A stretch of DNA of 64,000 nucleotides, from positions 22,905 through 86,904 of IMG/VR virus record IMGVR_UViG_3300045973_000445. The stretch is one strand, 5' to 3'. Shown one piece after another: positions 29,797 to 38,962 of this stretch. The translations under genes were made by a program, and so were the position numbers. The notes beneath the pieces are model-generated. The model saw only the letters and a program-made list of their open reading frames with translations, made no database searches and was not told where the DNA came from. The stretch is from a virus. Position 1 is the stretch's first letter, and each line of letters opens with the position of its first letter.

Positions 29797-30926
29797 GCCG
29801 TAGCTAATTGTTTAATGTTCACAGATTCAACCGTTCGGTTGGGATTGTGCTTGCAGTTACCCCCATGATATCGTAACATCAGGCTTTTATTTTGACTTTG
29901 CATACCACAATACTCACAAGTAGTATATGGTTGTTTTTTAAAAGAATCACTTTTTCTTTTACTAGATTCCATTGAATGTACACGACCTCTATTGGATGCT
30001 CCCTTTTTTATATTTGTTTCTTTTTCCTTTTCAATTTGCTCCTGCGTAAGTACTCTATTTGGATTAAATTTACAGTTATCAAAATGAAACTGTGTGATAT
30101 TAGTCGCTCTACTTTGAAAACCACAATGAGGGCATATTCGCAATTCTCTCTGAGGAGGTATTACTCGATTAGGATTCATTTTACAATTATCAAAATGCCA
30201 ATGATACATAAATCCACTTTTTCCTAGCTTACCACAATGAGGGCAGATTAGCATAGGCCGATTATCCATCACAATTTTTATTAAATCTTTATACTCTTGT
30301 TTAGTACATGTTTCCCTATGTTTTTGATTGGATGCTTCCGTATGTGTCTTTCCTAAATTAGCTTCTCTCAAATGCTGTCTATGAATTTCCGACTTAGGTA
30401 CTCCTGCTAAGGCAACACTAATATTATTACATTGTTCTTTTGTTGCTATGTGTTTTTTTCCAGCATTTCCCGATGGTATTCCTCTTCGAGTCGGATGTCC
30501 TTTTTCTTTAATTTCTTTTGCCCGCTCAACCCCATATAATTCTACAAATGTTCCTCTATGAGCATCACCTACAGCTTTCTTTATCTTATTTTGAACATAT
30601 ACTGGTAATAAATTATAAATATCACCTCCTTTACCACCTTCATGTATATTATATCCTATTTTCTTATTACGAGCATCATGTTCTTTAATCCAAAATACTT
30701 CTTGTACAATCATATGTTCAAAAGAAACACAATATTCTATTACTTCTCGTTTAAACATATCAACACCATACTTATCTACAGCATTATTAAAAGCTGTACC
30801 AGATCCGATGTAACCATCATTTAATTTTTTAGTTTTTCGTCTACCTACATAAATCTTACCATTCACAAGATTTGTAGTCTTGTAAATTAAATAAAACCAA
30901 CCATCATATTTTGTTCGGATCATCAT
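29793..30926 (-). CDS. GIY-YIG homing endonuclease with NUMOD3-like and CPxCG/HFDNC repeats
   Basis: LIYKTTNLVNGKIYVGR...YIGSG...GYNI. Paralog of 27381..28265. Confidence 0.88.
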   Translation of the reverse strand: MMIRTKYDGWFYLIYKTTNLVNGKIYVGRRKTKKLNDGYIGSGTAFNNAVDKYGVDMFKREVIEYCVSFEHMIVQEVFWIKEHDARNKKIGYNIHEGGKGGDIYNLLPVYVQNKIKKAVGDAHRGTFVELYGVERAKEIKEKGHPTRRGIPSGNAGKKHIATKEQCNNISVALAGVPKSEIHRQHLREANLGKTHTEASNQKHRETCTKQEYKDLIKIVMDNRPMLICPHCGKLGKSGFMYHWHFDNCKMNPNRVIPPQRELRICPHCGFQSRATNITQFHFDNCKFNPNRVLTQEQIEKEKETNIKKGASNRGRVHSMESSKRKSDSFKKQPYTTCEYCGMQSQNKSLMLRYHGGNCKHNPNRTVESVNIKQLATA

Positions 30927-30948
30927 AGACTATGATACAAATAATAAT

Positions 30949-31740
30949 TTAGAGAACAGCAAAGTTTACTCCAGTGTATGTTATTTTTAATCTCAACAAA
31001 GTATCTTTTATATCCTGTAGGTACTGTGATATTCTACCTGAAAAAGCACCACCCTTTGCACTAATTACAGTATTAATACTCTGACTAAGTCCGTCTATAC
31101 TTAGGCTACTACCCGAAAGTCCAGGAGGAAGAACAACATCACCATAAATACTTAGTATTTGTACGGCTGCCAATTTACCAACAATATCTACTAATTCCAT
31201 TGGCATTTTTTGTGGAGTCCATCCAGTAAGATATTGTACCGACCAATATTGAGGCACAATATTTAATGAACGTAGCCCTAATTGTGACATTAACCCCATA
31301 AGAATTAGAGATGTTGCACCTGTAGCCGATCCAGATGGTATTAAGCTGATTCTCCTCATTGCCCACTCATCTGAACTTTCATAACATGATAGCCATGATT
31401 GGGGATAGCGAATCTGCTCTACATTATTTATTTTACCTAAAAGGGTTACTGGCTTAACTACTGGAAAAGACGAGGAAAGTAAAGGAAGATTGTTAAGGTA
31501 ATCATCCCGAAAGTACGTCAACGTTTCACTAAACAATTGACGTACTATCTTAATTGCCAGAAACTTCTCTATCTCACTCTGAGCACTTTTAATCTTCTGT
31601 TCCCACACGTATGTAGGTATTTCCGATCCGTCTCGTGCCTTCGGGTTTATTCCATAGAGATAAAGTTCCTTAAGTTCCGTAGGACTTAAAACAGCACCTG
31701 TGTTCTTTTTATATTTTATGCTATAGGTTAATGAGCTCAT
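30949..31740 (-). CDS. head-tail adaptor protein
   Basis: PQYWSVQYLTGW...MP.EL...VGKLAA...SLSIDGLSQS pattern. Lies after the capsid gene. Confidence 0.7.
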   Translation of the reverse strand: MSSLTYSIKYKKNTGAVLSPTELKELYLYGINPKARDGSEIPTYVWEQKIKSAQSEIEKFLAIKIVRQLFSETLTYFRDDYLNNLPLLSSSFPVVKPVTLLGKINNVEQIRYPQSWLSCYESSDEWAMRRISLIPSGSATGATSLILMGLMSQLGLRSLNIVPQYWSVQYLTGWTPQKMPMELVDIVGKLAAVQILSIYGDVVLPPGLSGSSLSIDGLSQSINTVISAKGGAFSGRISQYLQDIKDTLLRLKITYTGVNFAVL

Positions 31741-32334
31741 TTAAGCATTTGTCTTTTCTACAAGATACTCGACCAGTTTTGCTTTGTTCAGTTTACTATA
31801 TTCCTCAATCGGAAGATTCAGCTCCACTGCAAATGCCTGAAGCTCCTTGACAGTCTTAGCTTCCAGCTTAGCCGTCAAAGCTGCTAAATCCGCCTCGATC
31901 TTCTCTTCTGCGGATAGCTCTTTGACTTCCTCTTTAGGAGCATCCTCGGCTGGCTTTCCAGCCAACTGTGCCTTCAATCCTTTGATCTCAGTCATCAGCT
32001 CATCGCACTTGTCTCTCCACATCTTCTCACCATTCTTGGCTACATCAGCTGAAGCCTTATGATCCCCAACTAAGCGATTAGCTTTCTGAAGGGATATCTT
32101 CAACTCGGCTACGGTTTCATTATCTTTTCCGGATGTCGTAGGCACTGAGCGAACCATCGCTGGCTTTGGAACCTGTCCAGCAGGATATATCAGACCTTTG
32201 TATTTTTCAATCAGGTCTTCCCCATCCTCTTCGCTGACCTCAGCGATGCCCTTACTGTCGTAAGTAACTACAATACTACCCGAATATTTAACTGGATGTC
32301 CAGCATGTGAAGGAACTGTTGTTTCAATTTTCAT
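31741..32334 (-). CDS. hypothetical protein with C-terminal Rho-N/HeH-like domain
   Basis: KTVKELQAFAVELNL..YSKLNKAKLVEYL. Confidence 0.6.
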   Translation of the reverse strand: MKIETTVPSHAGHPVKYSGSIVVTYDSKGIAEVSEEDGEDLIEKYKGLIYPAGQVPKPAMVRSVPTTSGKDNETVAELKISLQKANRLVGDHKASADVAKNGEKMWRDKCDELMTEIKGLKAQLAGKPAEDAPKEEVKELSAEEKIEADLAALTAKLEAKTVKELQAFAVELNLPIEEYSKLNKAKLVEYLVEKTNA

Positions 32335-32361
32335 GACTTAACAAATTAATTATTTAATATT

Positions 32362-32393
32362 AAAAAAGGGCGAGCGTTTGTATGGCTCGCCCT
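32362..32393 (-). terminator. intrinsic terminator after the major capsid gene
   Basis: Stem AGGGCGAGC/GCTCGCCCT followed by a T-run on the minus strand. Confidence 0.85.
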
Positions 32394-32418
32394 GATGACT
32401 GATTAAGGAAAGAGAAGA

Positions 32419-33939
32419 CTAAGCTGGTATTGCTTTTCCGATATTCACAATCCTGGCAATCTTCTTAGGCGCAAAGAGCACCATCGTAAGGTAAGCCAAA
32501 ATCATAAATCTGAACGATGGGCTGGTTCTGGCCAGATCCATTCTCATGATCGGTGCAAGTTGTTTAAGAGCCCATACATCCAATGAGTTGTCAAGGACGA
32601 TGGTTGAGTGAGTGTTCGGGATGACCCTGTTACGGTCACGTACAGAAAGCTGAGCTGCTCCATCATAACCGGCTGCAAGTTCCGACTTGGTTATTGTTAT
32701 GATCGGGTAGAACTTAGCGGAAGCGTATGCTGTAGCTGCTTTCTCTGTGCGATATATAATAAGGCACTCAGCTGCGTATGCTCCATCCACATGTGTGAAG
32801 GTCAAATCCACCGATTCTGTTGCAACAACAGCCTGAACAGCTGTATCAAGAAGAGTCATTGCAGATTCACCGTAACGGTTCTTTGCAGTTACACCGTACC
32901 AGTATGAGCCCGCCCCATCGGTAAACCGTGTCTGGGTATCAGCAGGTACTGCTGTAGTTGAGTTTGTTATCGGGTTGGTTGATAAAGGAGCAGTAGGTGC
33001 TTTAGCACTTGTTGCAGCCTCGTTGTAGGCTTTCGATACTTTATAATCAAAGAAGATGTCACTTACAACGTTGATCTTGCCAAACTGTGTCATGATGTCG
33101 TTGACCGACTGACCCATTGTAGCTCCCTCAACACCACCCTGTTGACCAACGATGATCCTCTTGGATTCGTGGAACTGGCTGACGTAGTTTGAGAATACGA
33201 TTGGAGGCCCTATGATGGTACTTACCATTCCGAAGTTGTCGTTTACAACGCCATGAGCAGCATCTTCAACCATCTTATCAGAAAGGATGTATCCACGAGC
33301 ATCAACAACGCTCGAATCGGCAAAATACTTGTTCAGGTTGGCTGCACTTGGAAGAGCTGCACCAGTTACGCCTGTATAATGCTGTTTGAAGATTCCATCG
33401 AATTCGTCTTCGATCAAACGGCTGTCCGATACAGGATATGCTTTGTTGAGAGCCCTCAGAAGGAACTGAGTTTTATTTTTTACTTCCTGTGCAAGAGCAT
33501 CTCCTACACCTGATCCAAGTCTTACAAGTGTAAACGGGTGGGTGACCTCACCTGATACTCCGGTATACTTGATCAGCACAGATTCCCTACGGTAGATCGA
33601 ATCAGTAAACTGAGGGGTTTCCCCTTCTTTGTTAAAGATTCCGATATTCAAACCGTAATCAACCAGCTGGTTGAATTCTTCCACGGTGTTGTATGCATTC
33701 TGTTTCGGCAGAATCTTGTGCAACACGATGTGCTTATCCTGAGATGTTAAAATCTTCAGCATTGGTTCCAGTGATTCTGTTTTCAAAGCAGCTCCACTTG
33801 TCAGAGTGCCGATAAGACCCTGTCCTGTGGTATCACCAGCAGACATTGCCTTAGCAAGTTCATAAATCTTATCCGGAGAATCAATACCAGGGAACACCCC
33901 AGTCTCAAGCCCAGCGTAGTTGTATAAATCAGCGTTCAT
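32419..33939 (-). CDS. major capsid protein (Herelleviridae-like)
   Basis: KAMSAG...GAALKTESL..LKILT, TVEEFNQL..YG, EGETPQFTDS.Y.R, EFDGI, QLAPIMRMDLA. Confidence 0.92.
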   Translation of the reverse strand: MNADLYNYAGLETGVFPGIDSPDKIYELAKAMSAGDTTGQGLIGTLTSGAALKTESLEPMLKILTSQDKHIVLHKILPKQNAYNTVEEFNQLVDYGLNIGIFNKEGETPQFTDSIYRRESVLIKYTGVSGEVTHPFTLVRLGSGVGDALAQEVKNKTQFLLRALNKAYPVSDSRLIEDEFDGIFKQHYTGVTGAALPSAANLNKYFADSSVVDARGYILSDKMVEDAAHGVVNDNFGMVSTIIGPPIVFSNYVSQFHESKRIIVGQQGGVEGATMGQSVNDIMTQFGKINVVSDIFFDYKVSKAYNEAATSAKAPTAPLSTNPITNSTTAVPADTQTRFTDGAGSYWYGVTAKNRYGESAMTLLDTAVQAVVATESVDLTFTHVDGAYAAECLIIYRTEKAATAYASAKFYPIITITKSELAAGYDGAAQLSVRDRNRVIPNTHSTIVLDNSLDVWALKQLAPIMRMDLARTSPSFRFMILAYLTMVLFAPKKIARIVNIGKAIPA

Positions 33940-33974
33940 TGTTTCGTATTATATTATTAATGTCAAAATTTTTC

Positions 33975-34688
33975 TTATTTAACCAGGCGGATGCCGAAGT
34001 TCTCAAACAAGTCCATCGCAACGGTCTGGTTTATTGTTCCACCCCCACCATTGTATCGTACGATAGAATCCTCGTAGCTTTTCTTAAGCTCAGGCTCAAC
34101 GGCTTTATTCATGCCGTCTTCAAGACTCTTCAGGATCTGCTCCTTGTGAGCTGATACAGAAAGCATCTTCTTTCCACTCTCATCTTCCTGCTCGCCACCG
34201 AGGGCTTTCTCAAAGAAGTTAGCTCCCATTGCGTTTTTGATTGCTTTATTGCCAAGAGGCATGTCCGCAATCTTCTCAACGAGGGTAGTTACAGAATCGA
34301 TAGATTTCTGAAGATCAGCAATCCTGTCCTCTGTATCGAGCGACTTCTGAATCATCTCGGTAACAGTCTTGAACTTGCTGTTCATCTCATCTGAGAGACC
34401 CTTTAGCATTTCAGAAGAAACTGCTTTTTCAGTATCCTCTTCTTTTTTCTCTTTCTCTTTGGATTCCCCAGCTTCGTGTTCTTCCTTATCTTCCTTGTCA
34501 TCTTCCTTGTCATCTTCTTCCCCTTCTTTGTCTTTTTCCCACGGCTTCTCGCCCTTTAGGAACTCGACAACTTCAGGGAATGCACGAAGTTTAGAGGAGT
34601 CTTCACTCTTCATAAACTCGGCATAATCATCTGTCGACAGTAATGTCTTGAATGATTTTATGGTTTCAATAGCCTGATTGCCTGTCAT
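33975..34688 (-). CDS. putative scaffolding protein
   Basis: Acidic/coiled-coil protein between protease and capsid, rich in xxKS/KA/KG sites. Confidence 0.7.
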   Translation of the reverse strand: MTGNQAIETIKSFKTLLSTDDYAEFMKSEDSSKLRAFPEVVEFLKGEKPWEKDKEGEEDDKEDDKEDKEEHEAGESKEKEKKEEDTEKAVSSEMLKGLSDEMNSKFKTVTEMIQKSLDTEDRIADLQKSIDSVTTLVEKIADMPLGNKAIKNAMGANFFEKALGGEQEDESGKKMLSVSAHKEQILKSLEDGMNKAVEPELKKSYEDSIVRYNGGGGTINQTVAMDLFENFGIRLVK

Positions 34689-34769
34689 GTTTATTAACGT
34701 TAATTATTAATTGTCAGATTTAAATATCAAAATTACACTATGATGTAGTTTAAATAATCACTACTAGGA

Positions 34770-35603
34770 TTAATTTTTTAGTTTATTATGCAACCCCTTC
34801 TGAATCGCCTTCTTTGTATCCTTTGTGAAGTTGTCCCAGTTGTCCGCAGCCCAGTTTACACTGGCTATCGGAATAGTTAAGATTTTTAAATCAGGATCCA
34901 ATGATTCTGTTTTAAGAGCTGCCCCACTTGTTAAATCCCCTACAAGCCCCTGTCCTGTTTCAGCACCAGCACTCATTGCCTTGGTAATTGTGAAGTCCTT
35001 GTTCAAAGTAAATTCACAGTCTCCCAACATCCCTTTAAAAAGATAATCCACGTTTGCAGGGATGTCATAATCAAGACTTTCCTGAACCGTACTCATACCT
35101 CCCTTACATATATCAGCATATGTCTGACCATTTTTTGGCATGAACGTTAATGCCATATGGGTGATCATTGCTTTAGTGATATGATTCTTGTTATGAGGAT
35201 CCAATTGTAAAGGAACACCCTCAATAGACCAAGCTAACTTTCTGTCACTTCCTGATTCCTTCATGATATGCACAGTATCCCAAAGATCACGAGCCAATGG
35301 CGACTTCTCCCACAATCTAGCTTTTACAAAAAGTTTATTGTCCTTAATCTCAGCCATTACAGGTTCTCCTACGAATGCCTTTGGTGATTTCTTTGCCCCG
35401 TGTTCGTAGTTCACAAGTCCTTTGCTTTTGAATACACTCAGCTCAAATCCACTAGGTTCTAGTGATTGCTCATCTGTATCATATGCATTAGTTGAAGCAC
35501 ATCCCTGAAGATACATATTTTTATATCTGTTCTCTCCTGTTTGTTCTCCTGCTTTTTCTAATCCATCTACAGGCACAAAGAAATTAAAATGTTCGTTTTT
35601 CAT
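34770..35603 (-). CDS. prohead protease (HK97/herpes-type fold)
   Basis: G.AST...D...Q, VNYEH, WSIEG, ALT..P.N. Confidence 0.88.
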   Translation of the reverse strand: MKNEHFNFFVPVDGLEKAGEQTGENRYKNMYLQGCASTNAYDTDEQSLEPSGFELSVFKSKGLVNYEHGAKKSPKAFVGEPVMAEIKDNKLFVKARLWEKSPLARDLWDTVHIMKESGSDRKLAWSIEGVPLQLDPHNKNHITKAMITHMALTFMPKNGQTYADICKGGMSTVQESLDYDIPANVDYLFKGMLGDCEFTLNKDFTITKAMSAGAETGQGLVGDLTSGAALKTESLDPDLKILTIPIASVNWAADNWDNFTKDTKKAIQKGLHNKLKN

Positions 35604-35608
35604 ATCTT

Positions 35609-38600
35609 TTATTTTAATTCAGTTACTTTTGCTTTCATCTTTCCAATCTCTTTCTCTAAACTCTTTACATTCTCTTCTTTTGATTTGATCTTAAGCTGCT
35701 TAAAAGAGTCCAACGTTTGTTGTCTGTATTTTAATTTTGATGCATCATACGTCTCTTTACTATTATTAAAATTAACAGCTGCCCCTCGACTTACGATTTC
35801 GTCCCAGTCAACATTAAGACGCATATAATTCTCACTCTGTTGTAAGATTTCATCATCTGTTAATTTCTTAGCTGTTTCGACTTCTTGTTTATACAACACA
35901 ACCCGTTTTGTGTAAGATTCGATTTCTTTATTGAGTTTTTGTACTTTAGTTAACTTTTGGATCTTTTCTTTAATCTTATCCGCTTCCTCTGTGTTGTTTG
36001 TTTTTGGTAATCTTGTATTTGTTAGATAACGGAAATGCAACTGTTGTATATTATATCCACCAGCATATATAACTTCTGTATGAAAATGATACCTTTGTCC
36101 ATCTCTATTTATGGACGCTTCAACTACAAAAGAACCGTTATTACCAACCCTCGAACTTAAATCGCTTAAAACATCTGTAGGTTTAGTATATACATTAATA
36201 GCTTTAACTAAATTCCAAACTAATGACAATCTAGTCAATTCTTTATCATACTTACCCATTTGAGATCTGTCATGTTCCTTAGCGTAGGCATCTTCATATA
36301 ATTTAGCAATACGTTCTATTTCCGGATCCATCACAGCAAGGATCGACTCAGTTAAAGTATTAGATTTTTGTTGATTAGTATTACCCCTCTCCATACCATA
36401 ATGCTGACCAACTCTACCTAATTTACGATTCTCATCATCATTCACATAAACACCTTTCTCAAACACATCCTCCATCGCCTTCTGAAGTTCAGGAGACCCA
36501 CAAATATCTGACATCGTCTTGAGCACCCCGTGATTATCCAGGATAACATCCATCGGGATCAAAGCATCTCTGTAAATAAGCCCATTCACACGCACCGCAG
36601 GTGCTATCTGCTTTGGTACAAAGTCATCCGCATGTTGTGTGTAAACACAATCAGCTATTTCAGTATCCTTCATCCCCTTCCCTCGCAAAGCATAGTACTG
36701 CTCCTTTGTTATCTCGATGCAAGGCACTAGCTGTTTATTCATCTTAGCCACCTCCAGCCTCACCCCTCCATCAATAACCAATCGGTTCATCCCATCCTTT
36801 ACAGCAACCACGGGAGGCATCGAGTGAATCGAGTAATCCTTTCTTAACTTAATTGTAGGCTTGTGTAGCTTTACCTTCTCCTCCTGACTGATTCCCATAG
36901 TCCACGGAGAATTCAAAGTAATACTATGCTCATCTCCTCTCTCAGAAAGCCCTCGCTCAACCTCTTTATACTGACTCCAATGATCCAAACTCATCTTATC
37001 AACCCTATGTGGGAGCATCTTAGATATAGGCTGTTCCGAGGATACACTCTTTGCCGTGATCCTACTATGTACGTTCAATACTGTTCTGTCATTCGTTTTG
37101 AAGTACTTGTCAAAATGCTCTTTATTCAGATTGTAAAAGGAATAATACTCCGCAAACGCTTCACTGGGTGATTTATGCGAGTAATCCGTTATCAAAGTAA
37201 CTGATGCATTCGATCCCCCTCTTGGTATATTCTTTTGATCGCCTGTAGCGGATAAACCTCTTCTCAGCTCTTCCTGCTGATACGACCATCCACATTCAAC
37301 AGTAAACTTCTTATAATCATACGTGGCTTTTCCACCTATCTTTTTATCTACGGCATGTCCTATTTCATGTAGCATGACCGATTTGAACTCTGTAGGCTTG
37401 CCTAAGACACCCCAGTCGGCTGCTCGCTCCACGCACTTGGCACTCAGATTGATTCGTTTTTCATTCGCACTGTACCAAGCATATCCTCCATGATCGCCCC
37501 CAGAGTAATCCTTATTTGTAATCAGGTTCAGCTCATCGTTTGTTTTGAAATGCCCGTCTGGAAGTTCATTTATGATATTCTCCAAGTTCTGAATCGCTGG
37601 CAGATGATCCATCGTCCAATCTCCCTCTACTGATTTATTGTAATGCTTCATAAACCGTAGGTAAATCAGATCTTTGAACCCACCCCCAAACTCATCATAG
37701 TCCTTTGATAACTTAACACCTCCCGACTTCAGTCGTTCAATCAAATTCAGTTCAAGACCATCATCTCTTTTGTAAGTAAGCTCATCATGTGTAGTTTCAT
37801 TATCATCCACAGCCTTAATTGTCTTCCAAAATAAACGTACTCGATGTGTTCCTGACCAATCTGTTATTATTGTAATCTCCTTTCCTACATACTTTTCCAG
37901 AAAACTATAGTCCTGATTCTTTGCCTTTGCATAAATCTTAGAATAAAACTCATCCGGAGTCATATCGATAGTCACTCCGTACATCTTCATCTGCTCGTCC
38001 AAAGAATCCTGAGTGATTCGATCCGAATACTTCTTAACATACTCATCGAACTTCTTCTGAGCATAGTCCTTGCACGATTCCCGTACTCCCCAGTTGTCTT
38101 GGAACGCCCCCTCAATCATATCTACGGCATCAAACTTAGTCATTCTTTTCTCTGACATCAGCTTATACTCCTCTGGCAAAGAATCTGCCAGTTTCTTAAA
38201 CTCATCATAGATTGCTTTCTTTTCAGGATCCTTAAAATCCAACCCCTCTTTTACCTGATCCCGTGTGCGCTTTACAATATCCAGTAGCTGTAATGCCTTC
38301 TCCTCATTTATAATATCTGGATCAGATTTAAAATCAGCTCGTACCTGTTTGCGTATTTCTTTTTTTGTTTCATCTGAAAGTTTATCAAGAACACGATCAC
38401 CACCAGCATCCTTATTAGCATCATTTAATGCATTAGCAATAGCCTCGGAAAGATTCATGTCATTCTTCATAAATAGTTCAGAGAATTTATTTCTGAAAGC
38501 ATACCTACCTGCACCATACCATCCTTCAGATTTTTTAAATTCATCTGAATTAAAGAAATTCCCCCCTTCAGCTTCTCCAAATAAATTAATCTCATGGTCA

Positions 38601-38803
38601 AGGCACTTCTCACCATTGATAGGAACTTTGCAACCTATAATCTCCCGTGCAGTAGCATCTGCCTCTCTACCAATCTGATCAAAGCGAGCGTTTGTCTTGA
38701 CAGGAATCCAGCCTGAACTATAGGGGGGAAGAGGATCATGGGCTTTTATCATCGGCCCCTGAGCCCATTCATGAATCACGCCCACAGGACAGACTTTTCC
38801 CAT
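35609..38803 (-). CDS. multidomain protein: zincin metallopeptidase + ParB-like domain
   Basis: VMLHEIGHAVD...YSHKSPSEAFAE. ParB-like PPVVAV...LVIDGGVRLEVAK. Confidence 0.75.
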   Translation of the reverse strand: MGKVCPVGVIHEWAQGPMIKAHDPLPPYSSGWIPVKTNARFDQIGREADATAREIIGCKVPINGEKCLDHEINLFGEAEGGNFFNSDEFKKSEGWYGAGRYAFRNKFSELFMKNDMNLSEAIANALNDANKDAGGDRVLDKLSDETKKEIRKQVRADFKSDPDIINEEKALQLLDIVKRTRDQVKEGLDFKDPEKKAIYDEFKKLADSLPEEYKLMSEKRMTKFDAVDMIEGAFQDNWGVRESCKDYAQKKFDEYVKKYSDRITQDSLDEQMKMYGVTIDMTPDEFYSKIYAKAKNQDYSFLEKYVGKEITIITDWSGTHRVRLFWKTIKAVDDNETTHDELTYKRDDGLELNLIERLKSGGVKLSKDYDEFGGGFKDLIYLRFMKHYNKSVEGDWTMDHLPAIQNLENIINELPDGHFKTNDELNLITNKDYSGGDHGGYAWYSANEKRINLSAKCVERAADWGVLGKPTEFKSVMLHEIGHAVDKKIGGKATYDYKKFTVECGWSYQQEELRRGLSATGDQKNIPRGGSNASVTLITDYSHKSPSEAFAEYYSFYNLNKEHFDKYFKTNDRTVLNVHSRITAKSVSSEQPISKMLPHRVDKMSLDHWSQYKEVERGLSERGDEHSITLNSPWTMGISQEEKVKLHKPTIKLRKDYSIHSMPPVVAVKDGMNRLVIDGGVRLEVAKMNKQLVPCIEITKEQYYALRGKGMKDTEIADCVYTQHADDFVPKQIAPAVRVNGLIYRDALIPMDVILDNHGVLKTMSDICGSPELQKAMEDVFEKGVYVNDDENRKLGRVGQHYGMERGNTNQQKSNTLTESILAVMDPEIERIAKLYEDAYAKEHDRSQMGKYDKELTRLSLVWNLVKAINVYTKPTDVLSDLSSRVGNNGSFVVEASINRDGQRYHFHTEVIYAGGYNIQQLHFRYLTNTRLPKTNNTEEADKIKEKIQKLTKVQKLNKEIESYTKRVVLYKQEVETAKKLTDDEILQQSENYMRLNVDWDEIVSRGAAVNFNNSKETYDASKLKYRQQTLDSFKQLKIKSKEENVKSLEKEIGKMKAKVTELK

Positions 38804-38961
38804 TAGATTAGAACTTCTTTTCTTTTGTTTATTTCAGTAGCCAACTCATCGGCAAAAGGACTGTCGATATCGATATACACCTCATTCTTCAGTAATGATT
38901 CCAATCGCTCTATTGAGAGTTGCTCTAAATCAATCTCTTTGATTTTACTAATGTTAGCCAT
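38803..38961 (-). CDS. small hypothetical protein (52 aa)
   Basis: MANISKIKEIDLEQ... fills the gap exactly. Its TAA overlaps the next ATG (TAATG). Confidence 0.6.
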   Translation of the reverse strand: MANISKIKEIDLEQLSIERLESLLKNEVYIDIDSPFADELATEINKRKEVLI

Positions 38962-38962
38962 A

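Noticed and set aside
27381-30926. Group I introns or inteins hosting the GIY-YIG genes
   Set aside because: Flanking genes appear complete, and the endonuclease ORFs abut them with no room for intron core structure. No intein motifs were seen in terL, portal or capsid.
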